DNA of 64,000 nt. It comes from an uncultured Gemmatimonadaceae bacterium (GTDB lineage: Bacteria > Gemmatimonadota > Gemmatimonadetes > Gemmatimonadales > Gemmatimonadaceae). Positions 32,271 to 41,832 of the stretch are shown here, in pieces. The first letter of the stretch is position 1, and each line of letters opens with the position of its first letter. Below the pieces are notes generated by a model, which ran no database searches, had not been told where the DNA came from, and was given only the letters and a program-made list of their open reading frames with translations. The translations under genes were made by a program, and so were the position numbers. Location of the stretch: assembly GCA_963790305.1 (NCBI GenBank), contig CAWBOC010000005.1, forward strand, positions 640,001-704,000, given 5' to 3'.

Positions 32271-33277
32271 ATGTCAAAGAAGCCACGCATCCTCGCCGCC
32301 GCGGTCGTGCTCTCCACGATCGGCGGGTTCTTTCTATACCGGACCATGTCGGCCTCCGAGCCGAACGCGATCATAGCGTCGGGCACCGTCGAGGCCACAC
32401 AGGCCGATCTGGGGTTCCAGGTCGCGGGTCGCCTGGAGCAGATCTCGGTGCGCGAAGGCGACGACGTCACGTCGGGTGTCGAGCTCGCCAGCCTCGACCG
32501 CGCCGAGCTGCTCGCGCAGCGGGACGCGGCGACAGCGCAGGTCGCAGGCGCGGAGGCCGTATTGCGCGAGCTCACGAATGGCGCTCGCCGGGAGGAGCTC
32601 GCACAGGCTCGCGCCTCGCTAGCCGTTGCCGTCGAGCGTCGTGAGGCGGCGCGCCGCGATGTCGACGCGGTTGAGCCCGCTCGCCGAGCAGTCGCTCGTC
32701 AGCCGCCAGGAGTTCGACCGTCAGCGCACCGAGCTCAGCGTCGCCGAAGGCGAAGTCGCGAAGGCCGTGCGAGGAGCTACAGCTTCTCGAGACGGGCCCG
32801 CGCACCGAGCGCATCGCCGCTCAGCGCGCCGCACTCGCGCAGGCGCAGGCAACCGTCGCGCGAATCGACGCCATGCTCGAGCAGGCGACGCTGCGCGCAC
32901 CGTTCAATGGCACGATCGTCGTCAGGCACCGCGAGCCGGGAGAGGCGCTGCAATCAGGGCTACCGGTGCTGACGCTCAGAAACTTCGATGAACGCTGGGT
33001 CCGCATCTACGTGCCGGGTGACGAGGTTGGTCGCCTCGCGGTGGGCCAGACCGCAACGATCACCGCCGATTCATACGAAGATCGCAGCTACACGGGAATC
33101 GTCTCGTACATCGCCAGCGTCGCCGAGTTCACGCCGCGCAACGTGCAGACGACGAAGGATCGCGTGAAGCTCGTCTACGAGGTTCGGGTGCGCATCACCG
33201 GCGACTCGAACATGGATCTCAAGCCCGGACTCCCCGCCGACGTACGATTCCAGGCGGCGGGCGTCTCGGCCGAGTAG
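32271..33277 (+). CDS. HlyD-family adaptor (YbhG-like); frameshifts ~32670, ~32772
   Basis: ASGTVEAT..GFQVAGRL; APFNGTI; AEFTPRNVQT..R..LVY; LKPGLPAD. Confidence 0.88.
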
Positions 33278-33290
33278 CGAGGACCTGACC

Positions 33291-34240
33291 GTGCATCGCG
33301 CCGATCAGAACGGAAAGCTGGCGGTCGACCGTCGACGGCCTGACGAGAACCTTCGGCGCTCTCAAGGCGCTCGACGCGCTCTCGTTCCAGGTTGCCGCAG
33401 GAGAGCTCTTCGGGATCGTTGGCCCCGACGGCTCCGGCAAGACGACCATGCTTCGCATTCTCGCCGGCGTTCTGCGACCCACGGACGGCGACGCGACGGT
33501 GCAGGGCACCAGCGTGGCGCGGGACCCCGAGGGCGTGAAGCACCGCATCGCGTACATGTCGCAGCGCTTCGGACTGTACGGCGATCTCTCGGTCGCCGAG
33601 AACATCGAGTTCTACGCCGACCTCTACGGCGTCCCGCGCGACGCACGTCGCACTCGACTCGAGCGCCTCTACGGTTTCTCGAAGCTCGGGCCATTCAAGG
33701 ACCGGCTCGCGGCCAACCTGTCCGGGGGAATGAAGCAGAAGCTGTCGCTCTGCTGCGCTCTCATTCACGAGCCGGAGGTAATGTTGCTCGACGAGCCGAC
33801 CTTCGGCGTCGACCCGATCTCCCGGCGGGAGCTCTGGATCATCATCCACGAGATGGTGGCGAACGGGATGACCGTCATTGTCTCGACGGCGTACCTCGAC
33901 GAAGCGGAGCGCTGCGATCGCGTCGCGATGATGCACCAGGGCCGAATCACCGCCCTCGACGCTCCCGCGGTTCTCCAGGACCAGCTTCGCGGGCAGGGCG
34001 CTCGCGATCGACTGCGACGCGCCGGCGCGCGCCGCTCATGTAATGAAAGGACAGCCGGGAGTTCGCAGCGCGGCGCTGTTCGGGCAGTCACTCCACCTCA
34101 CGCTCGATCGCGCCGGCCTGGAGAGCGAGCTCAGTGTCATGCTTCGCGACGCGGGCATCACGGTCAACGAGATGACGGCGCTCGAGCCATCGCTCGAGGA
34201 CGTCTTCATCGATCTGTCGAGCAACGCCCATGTCAACTGA
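33291..34240 (+). CDS. ABC transporter ATP-binding protein; frameshifts ~33330, ~33996
   Basis: GPDGSGKTT, YMSQRFGLY, LSGGMKQK, LLDEPT, SLEDVF. Confidence 0.88.
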
Positions 34241-35183
34241 CCACACGCGGACCGCCGTCGAGGTCGATAACCTCACCCGCCGCTATGGCGCATTCACCGC
34301 CGTCGATGCGGTGAGCTTCACGGTCGGCCAGGGAGAAGTCTTCGGCTTCCTTGGCCCTAACGGGGCCGGCAAGACGACCACGATCAAGATGCTCACCGGC
34401 CTCGTGCGGCCGACCTCGGGACGCGGAAGCGTCGTCGGGCTGGACGTCCGCACCGATGGCGAGCGCATCAAGCACGTCATCGGCTACATGTCGCAGCTCT
34501 TCTCGCTCTATCACGACCTCACCGTCGACGAGAACATCGAGTTCGCGGCGGGTCTCCGCGAGGTGACGGGAGCGCGGCTTGCCGCGCGGCGCGATTGGGT
34601 GCTCACCATGGCCGGGCTCACCGACCAACGGTCACGCATCACCGGCGAGCTGCCACTCGGCTGGAAGCAGCGTCTCGCACTCGGCTGCGCCGTGCTTCAC
34701 GAGCCGCCGGTGCTCTTTCTCGACGAGCCGACCTCCGGCGTCGACCCGCTTGCCCGCCGCGCATTCTGGGAAGTGATCCAGGAGCTGGCCCGTGGCGGGA
34801 CGACGGTGTTCGTCAGCACCCACTATATGGAAGAGGCGGAGTACTGTAACCGTCTGGCACTGATGAATCGGGGAAAGCTGGTTGCGTTAGGTACGCCCCG
34901 GGAGCTGCGCGACGGCATGTCGGAGCCGGTCCTCCGCGTCCATGCCAGCGATCCGGCACGCGCGGTGGCGGCGCTCTCCGGCGCCGAGGGTGTGTACGAC
35001 GCGAGCTTGTTCGGCCGCATGCTGCGAGTCGTCGTCGCGGAAGCCTCGCAGGCGACCGCACTCATTCGTGCACGGCTCGAAGCCGCGGGACTCAGCTGCC
35101 GCTCCGTCGAGATCGTGTCCCCATCCCTGGAAGATGTCTTCGTCTCTCGCGTACGACACGCGGGAGGAGCGGTAGTCGGATGA
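34230..35183 (+). CDS. ABC transporter ATP-binding protein (YbhF C-half-like)
   Basis: GPNGAGKTT, LPLGWKQRL, FLDEPTSGVDP, STHYMEEAE. Confidence 0.95.
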   Translation: MSTDHTRTAVEVDNLTRRYGAFTAVDAVSFTVGQGEVFGFLGPNGAGKTTTIKMLTGLVRPTSGRGSVVGLDVRTDGERIKHVIGYMSQLFSLYHDLTVDENIEFAAGLREVTGARLAARRDWVLTMAGLTDQRSRITGELPLGWKQRLALGCAVLHEPPVLFLDEPTSGVDPLARRAFWEVIQELARGGTTVFVSTHYMEEAEYCNRLALMNRGKLVALGTPRELRDGMSEPVLRVHASDPARAVAALSGAEGVYDASLFGRMLRVVVAEASQATALIRARLEAAGLSCRSVEIVSPSLEDVFVSRVRHAGGAVVG

Positions 35184-36314
35184 TCGACACGCGCTGTTCA
35201 GCCTTGCGCGCCTGCGCGCCGTATCGCGAAAGGAGCTGATCCAGCTCAAGAGGGACAAGCGAAGTCTCGCGCTCGCGTTCCTGCTGCCATTCATGCTCCT
35301 GTTGCTGTTCAGCTACGCGCTCACGACGGACGTCGAGAACATCCAGATCGCGGTGCTCGATCGCGATCAATCGCCGGAGAGCCGCGCATTCGTCGCCGCA
35401 TTCGCCCGATCGGGCTACTTCACCGTCCGCAACACGCCAACGAACGAAGGCGAGCTGAGCGAGCTCATTGACCGCGGACTGGTGCGCGTCGCCCTGGTGA
35501 TTCCAGAACGCTTCGCGGCCGATCTGGCGGCGCGGCGCGGCTCGCCGGTCGAGCTGCTGCTCGACGGCAGCGATGCAAAGACCGCCACCGTCGCTCGTGG
35601 CTACGCCGACGGCATTGCCCGCAACTTCTCGGCGCGCGTTCGTGTCGGGTCTGGCGACATGCGACCAGCGCTTCGCGCCGAGTCGCGGGTGTGGTACAAC
35701 GAGACGCTCGACAGCAAGGTGATGATCGTGCCCGGCCTCATCGCCGTGATCATGTCGATCATCGCGGCGATGCTGACTTCGCTCACCGTCGCACGTGAGT
35801 GGGAGCGCGGAACGATGGAGCAGCTCGCCGCGACGCCGGTCAGCCGCGTCGAGGTCATACTCGGCAAGCTGCTTCCCTATCTCGTGATCGGGGTCATCGA
35901 TGTCGCCATCGCCATGACCGTCGGCGATCTTCATCTTCGGCGTGCCGTTCCGCGGCAGCCTGCTCCTGTTCGCGGGTGCGACGACGATCTTTCTGTTCGG
36001 CGTACTCGGCCTCGGCATCATGATCTCGATCGGTGCTCAAGTCCCAGCTGCTCGCCACGCAGGCGGCGATCTTCGCCACCTACATGCCGGCGCTGCTCTT
36101 CTCGGGCTTCATGTTCACGATCAGCAACATGCCGTTCGTGCTCCAGCTCATCTCGCGCGTCATTCCGGCGAGCTACTTCGTCACCCTCTCTCGCGGCGTG
36201 TTCCTCAAGGGTAGCGATGCGGTCGTGCTGTGGCCGGCCATTCTCGGTCTCACGCTCTACGCCATGTTCACCGTCACCATGAGCATCAAGAAATTCCGGA
36301 AGGAGCTCGCCTGA
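35180..36314 (+). CDS. ABC-2 type exporter permease (YbhS-like); frameshifts ~35195, ~35928, ~36030
   Basis: RKELIQLKRD, VWYN, VPGLI, REWERGTMEQL, LFSGFMF. Confidence 0.88.
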
Positions 36315-37461
36315 TGTCCACGCCCATGTCTACTGCGTCGACCGCTCGGCGCTTCTCCTGGATCCGCCTCCGCCAAATGATCAAGAAGGAGGTGAAGCAG
36401 ACCGTCCGCGATCCGAAGGCGCGTCCGCTGATCTTCGCGGCCCCGATCGCACAGATGCTGCTGCTGGGATACGCGGCGACGACCGACGTGAAGGACATCA
36501 AGACGCTCGTCGTCGATCACGATCGCACGGCGGAATCGCGTGCGCTCGTGAGCGCGTATCAGGCGAGCGGCTACTTCAGAATCGTCGGCTACTCCGAGCG
36601 CGCCCAGGAGGTCACGGTGGCGCTCGATCGGGGCACGGCGACCGTGGCGCTCAACATTCCGGCCGGATTCGCGCGCGACCTGCGCAGCGGACAGGGCGCG
36701 GTGGTTCAGACGCTCGATCGACGGCGCGGATGCCAGTCTCGCGCGCGTCGCACAGTCGTATTCGGGACAGGTCGCGGCGGAGTTCGGAGCGCGCTCCACG
36801 GGGGCGATGCACGTGAATGGCGTCGACCTCCGCTCGCGCGCCTGGTTCAATCCGAGCCTCGAGAGCCGCTTCTTCAACGTCCCCGCCATCATGGGGATTC
36901 TGATGATGATGGTGTGCCTCATCCTGACCGCGCTCGGGGTCGTGCGTGAGCGAGAGATCGGAACGCTCGATCAGCTACTCGTAAGCCCCGTAACGCCGAC
37001 GGAGCTGATGCTCGGCAAGACGATCCCGATTTTCGGCATCGGATGCATTCATCTCACGGTCTATCTGGGGCTGAGCATTCTTTCACTTTGGAGTGCCGCT
37101 CCGGGGTTCGGTGCTCGTGATCATCCTGGCGGCTCTTCTGTATCTGGCGGCCGCGCTGTCGCTCGGGCTGCTACTGTCGACCGTCTCACGCACGCAGCAG
37201 GAAGCGTTCATGCTGCTGATCCTCGTGCTCTTTCCGGCGGTGCTGCTCTCGGGATTTCTCTCGCCGGTCGAGAGCATGCCGGCGGTGTTCCAGTGGATCG
37301 CCGGCGTCAATCCGGTGCGCTACTTCATGGACATCCTGCGCGGCGTCTTTCTGAAGGGGATCGGTCTCGACGTGCTGTGGCCGCAGTACCTGACGCTGGC
37401 CGCGATGGCGAGTGCGACACTCTGGCTGGCGACGAGACAGTTCCGGCGGGCGATCGTCTAG
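36314..37461 (+). CDS. ABC-2 type exporter permease (YbhR-like); frameshifts ~36718, ~37082
   Basis: KKEVKQTVRD, WFNPSL, REREIGTLDQLLVSP, LSGFLSPVESMP. Confidence 0.88.
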
Positions 37462-37544
37462 CCCGTCCGCTGGTGAGCACCAGCCCCTCAGCACCGGCAC
37501 CCTCAGTCGTCGTGCTGCGTCGGCGAGCATTCGTCCCGCCGCGG

Positions 37545-37624
37545 GCCACCCAACCGCGTGGCACACTCTGGTTGAGCAGCCAGTAGTACGCGGCGGTCGA
37601 CTCCCAGCTCATTCCGCCGATCAG
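37545..37624 (-). pseudogene. Remnant of an aspartate/glutamate racemase (YgeA/RacX-like) N-terminus
   Basis: LIGGMSWESTAAYYWLLNQSV then (shifted) TRLGG; no start and no rest of gene. Confidence 0.7.
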
Positions 37625-37680
37625 CGAAGCGCCGCATCGCTCGCTCTTCTCGAAGGTCGCGGCTTCCACATGCAGCGATT

Positions 37681-37831
37681 CGCGTCATCTCGCGACTTCG
37701 CGAAATGTGACGACGGAATGGCATTGCGCCACTTCGCGCATTCTCGGCCTGCGTCCTTTCAAGATTTTGCGTGACACGAAGTTAGCACGTTGTCGAACGC
37801 CGAGCGCGACGTGGTCCTCGCATTGCCTTCC
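37681..37831 (+). promoter_or_regulatory. UAS pair plus sigma-54 promoter for the TolC gene
   Basis: CGCGTCATCTCGCG 37681, CGCGAAATGTGACG 37699; TGGTCCTCGCATTGCCTTCC 37812. Confidence 0.72.
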
Positions 37832-37897
37832 CATCAGCGCGAACGGTGCGCGCACGTCGCGCGAGCCCTCGACCTGAATGAGACCAACGAGCCTCAC

Positions 37898-39247
37898 ATG
37901 CATACATATCGACTGATTCTCGCGGTCGCCGCCGTGCTGATCACGGCGACGGATCTGCATGGACAAGATGTAGAGCTCCAGCCGATCACGCTGGGTGGCG
38001 CAGCGCGTCTCGCTGCCGAACGGAGCTCGGCGACTGCGGGCGCACGCGCGCGCAGTGCGCAAGCCGATGCCCGCGTGTCGCAACAGCGTTCAGCGTTTTT
38101 GCCATCGCTGTCGACGACGGCGCACGCCGGCGCGCGCACCTACAACACGTCGTCTCTGGGCCTCGACCTTCCGGCGACCCCAAGCGGCGAGTTTCCTTTC
38201 GATCCACGAGGCGAGGTGCGCGGCCCGGTGCGAAACGTCGATTTTCGCACGCAAGTGACCCAGCGCCTCGTCGACATCCCCGCCGTGCTGCGCTGGCGCG
38301 CGTCCGCCTCGGAAGCGGACGCCGCGCGGTTCGATGCGCTCGCCTCCGGTGAGGCGGCGGCTACGCGCGGTGCGACAGCGTATCTCAGGGTCCTCGACGC
38401 CGAGGCGCGCATCGACGCTCGCGCGGCTGACTCGGCGCTCGCGCTCGAGCTCCTGGACATCGCACGGCAACAGGTTGCCGCGGGTGTTGGCATTGCGCTC
38501 GACGTCACGCGTGCCGAGTCGCAGCTCGCCGATGCGCGGGCTCGCCTGATCGCGACACGCAGTGAGCGGGATCGTGCAATGTTGCAGCTGCGTCGCGAGC
38601 TCGAGATGTCGCACGACGCGCCGATCCAGCTCGCCGACTCGCTTAGGCTTCCCGCAGAGAGCGAGGCGCGGATCACCGATGATGAGGCGATTCGCGACGC
38701 GCTCAATCGTCGCACCGACTATCGGGCGGCGCAGGCGGAAAGTCAGAGTGCCCAGCTGCAGGCGCGTGCTGCGCGGTCGGAGCGGCTTCCGGCGATCTCG
38801 CTCTTCGCCGATCACGGAACGACGGGAGAGAATACGGATCGGTTGCTGGGCACGTACTCGTACGGCATCCAGCTGACGATTCCAGTGTTCGATGGCCTCC
38901 GCCTCCAATCGAGGGCGGCGGAACAGCGGGCACGCCAGGTCGAGGCGCAGCTTCGGGTTCACGATGCGCAACGGCAGATCGAGACTGAGGTGCGCGATGC
39001 GCGCATTGCGCTCAATGCCGCGCGGGAAGAGATCGCCGCCGCCAATGCACGTCTTCGTCTGGGCGAGCAGGAGGTGGCGCAGGCGCGAGAGCGGTTCCGA
39101 AACGGCGTGAGCGGGAATGCTGACGTGATCACCGCGTCGATCGCGCTCAACGGTGCGCGGGATCTGGTGATCAACGCGCTCACCACATACCACCTCGCTC
39201 GCGTTTCGCTGGCGCGGGCACAGGGCACGACGACGACGCTGCCCTGA
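37898..39247 (+). CDS. TolC family outer-membrane efflux protein
   Basis: Signal peptide; RSAFLPSL, RSERLPAISL, LTIPVFDG, ERFRNGV; OEP repeats. Confidence 0.9.
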   Translation: MHTYRLILAVAAVLITATDLHGQDVELQPITLGGAARLAAERSSATAGARARSAQADARVSQQRSAFLPSLSTTAHAGARTYNTSSLGLDLPATPSGEFPFDPRGEVRGPVRNVDFRTQVTQRLVDIPAVLRWRASASEADAARFDALASGEAAATRGATAYLRVLDAEARIDARAADSALALELLDIARQQVAAGVGIALDVTRAESQLADARARLIATRSERDRAMLQLRRELEMSHDAPIQLADSLRLPAESEARITDDEAIRDALNRRTDYRAAQAESQSAQLQARAARSERLPAISLFADHGTTGENTDRLLGTYSYGIQLTIPVFDGLRLQSRAAEQRARQVEAQLRVHDAQRQIETEVRDARIALNAAREEIAAANARLRLGEQEVAQARERFRNGVSGNADVITASIALNGARDLVINALTTYHLARVSLARAQGTTTTLP

Positions 39248-39731
39248 TCATTCAACCTCTTTTGCTGGGAGAAACACCATGACACTGCCACGTACTCTGC
39301 GCCCGACGATTCACCTGCCCACGCGGGATGGCTGGGAGGTGCGGCGTGCCCTGGAGGTCTGGGTCGCCACGGGTGCTGTGCCGTCCGCACACATCGTTGC
39401 CGAGCCCGATCCGTCGGACGAGCAGGACACGCCGGAACATGAAGTCGCGGCATAAGGCCGCAGGGCGCCGGCATGGCGTTCCGCTTCTAGTCGATCGGAG
39501 ACACGCCATGCGAACTAGCTGGAGCAGGACCGAGGAACAAGGACAGAGGAAAACGCGCATCCAGGTGCGCTACGCGTCGCGCGCGGCCCGCGTGCTGGTG
39601 GGGCGGGTGAAAGCACGCCGCGCGCGGAGATCCCTGCACCCCGTGCCCGAGCGAATTGCGTTCGAGGCGCTATGCGCGAGTCTCGGGCGCAGTGCGGCGA
39701 TAAGAAGGTTCGAGGTCCGGGTCTGAACAGC

Positions 39732-39862
39732 AGGAGTTAGGCGTCAGGGGTCAGGGCTCAGGGGTGTCAGGGGGTCGGCTCGAGGAGAGTCGCCGTGCAG
39801 TTCTCTCCTGCAACCCATGCCCTGACACCCCCTGAGCCCTGACCCCTGATCCCTGACTCCTA
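39732..39862. repeat. Palindromic heptamer element family A, copy 1
   Basis: (GGnnTCA)n-GGGGTGTCAGGG ... CCCTGACACCCC-(CTGAnnC)n. Confidence 0.85.
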
Positions 39863-39867
39863 AAACT

Positions 39868-41832
39868 TCACTGCTTCACCACCCGGTACACGCGCCCACT
39901 GCTCGAGAGAATGTAGATCTCGCCACTGGAGTCGAGCCCGAACGACTTGATGTTGTCCACATCGCCGATCGACCACGTGCGGTGGTCGACCGCCTGCCCG
40001 CCAGAGAGACGGAAGCTGCGCAGGATGCCCGCGCAGTAATCCGCGTAGAGGTAGTGTCCGACCAGCTCCGGGATTGCCGTGCCTCGGTAGACGAAGCCGC
40101 CAGTGATCGAACAATTCCCTCCCGAGTGGTTGTACTCGAAAACGGGGATCGTTAGGCCGGCGGGGTTGCACGGCGTGGGGATGTGGCAGTGGTTTCCTTC
40201 CATGATCCGCCAGCCGTAGTTCACTCCTGCGGTGGCCGCCGTCACCGCGTTCACCTCTTCCCAACTATTCTGACCAACATCGGCGATGTAGAGCGTTCCG
40301 GCCGGTGGATCGAACGCATACCGCCACGGATTGCGAAGGCCGTGCGCCCAAATCTCATCGCGCCCCGCCGTGGCTCCGGCATATGGATTTCCCGCCGGAA
40401 TCGTGTACGGCAGATTCGTCACGTCGAGCCGCAGCAGCTTTCCGAGCAGCACGTCGAGGTTCTGCGCGTTATTGGGGGGATCATCCCCGCTACCGCCGTC
40501 GCCGGTGCCGAGGTACAGCATGCCGTCGGGGCCGAACATCGCGAGGCCGCCATTGTGGTTGCCGTTGACGGGATGTGGGATGGTGATCACGCTCGTCCGA
40601 GAGCCCGCATTGGCGACGTCACCTGCCGCGGTGTACCGAGCGACGGCGATGTCGCCGTTCAGGTCGGAGTAGTACACGTAGAATCGACCGTTCGTCGCAT
40701 ACTGCGGATCGAACGCCAAGCTGAGCAGGCCCTGTTCGCCGCCGTACCCCACGATGCTCATGATGTTGAGGAACGGTGTCGCCAGTGGCGCACCATTCTT
40801 GATCACGAAGATCCGCCCTGCCTGATCGACGACGAAGATGCGCGCGTCGTTCGGCGGCGAGGTCAGATACACGACGTCGCCGAGCGCGGAGCCGGCCCAC
40901 TGTTGCTGCGCCCCGAGCACGAGCGGCGATGCGGTGTACGTGACCGTGGCCGTTGCGGTCGCGCCACCCGCCACGGTGACGTTCTGCGTCAGCGGCGCGG
41001 GAGTGTGCGTCGTGAGGTTCGACGCCACCGCTGACGCGGTGATCGTATATGTCCCTGGCGTTAGCGACGTGAGAGTCTGCGTCGCCGTGAGAGGCTGGCT
41101 GTAGCCGGAGGGTCCGGTCACGAGTACGGAGCCGTTCACTCCCGCACCGAGGCCGTTGATGTTGACGGTGAGGCTCCCCGTTCCCACCGAGTAGACGACG
41201 TTCGCCGCGACCTGCGTCGTCGAGGCTGGAAGCTGGATCGTCTGCGTTGTGGGTGCTGGCGTGTACGTGACGCCACCGGACACGACGTTCGCCGCGGTGA
41301 TGGTGTACGCCCCCGGGCGTGAGCAGGTTGATCGCGGTCGAAGACGTCAGGACGTTGTTGTACCCCGGCCCCGCGACGGTGACGCTCGCATTCACGCCGT
41401 TAGGCAGGCCGGTGATGGTGACAGCCAGTCGGGCCGTGGCGATCGCGTACGCTACGGACGCGGACGTCGTCCCTGACCCGGCCGGGATGATGACGGATTG
41501 GTCGGCGGGCGTTGGAGCCCATCGGCCCTCGGTCGCATGCTCGACCGGCGTCGCGGTGATGGTGTAATTCCCCGGGAGCAGATCATCGATCGTCGTCGTC
41601 GTCGTGAGGGCGCGCGAGAAGCCACCCGGCCCCGTGACCGTTACCGCTCCGGCCTGCCCCGTGGGAAGCCCGGAAATCGTGACGGCAAGCGACCCGCGTT
41701 CGGGCGCTACGATGTCATCGTCGCAGGCGAGAAGACCGAGGGCGCTAAAGGCGCTAAAAGCGCTAAAGGCGCGCTGATGGTTCGAAGCGCCTTCAGCGCC
41801 CCTAGCGCCTCTAGCGCCTTTAGCGCCTTCAC
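39868..41832 (-). CDS. Lipoprotein: three repeated beta-sandwich-like modules + PQQ-dependent sugar (glucose/sorbosone) dehydrogenase; frameshifts ~41310 and in signal region
   Basis: Lipobox LLAC; 3x (L.VTI.GL..G...SV.V.GP..Y...LT.T....L.PG.YTITA); GEQGLLSLAFDP, NHNGG, GDGG, GLRNPWR, ADVGQ, SITGG. Confidence 0.85.
41740..41830. repeat. Inverted 9-mer (GGCGCTAAA-like) repeats
   Basis: GGCGCTAAA-like units x3-4 facing TAGCGCC-like units x4-5. Confidence 0.85.

Noticed and set aside
39328..39726. 132-aa ORF after tolC
   Set aside because: Arg-rich, no motif and no clear RBS; cannot be supported as a gene.
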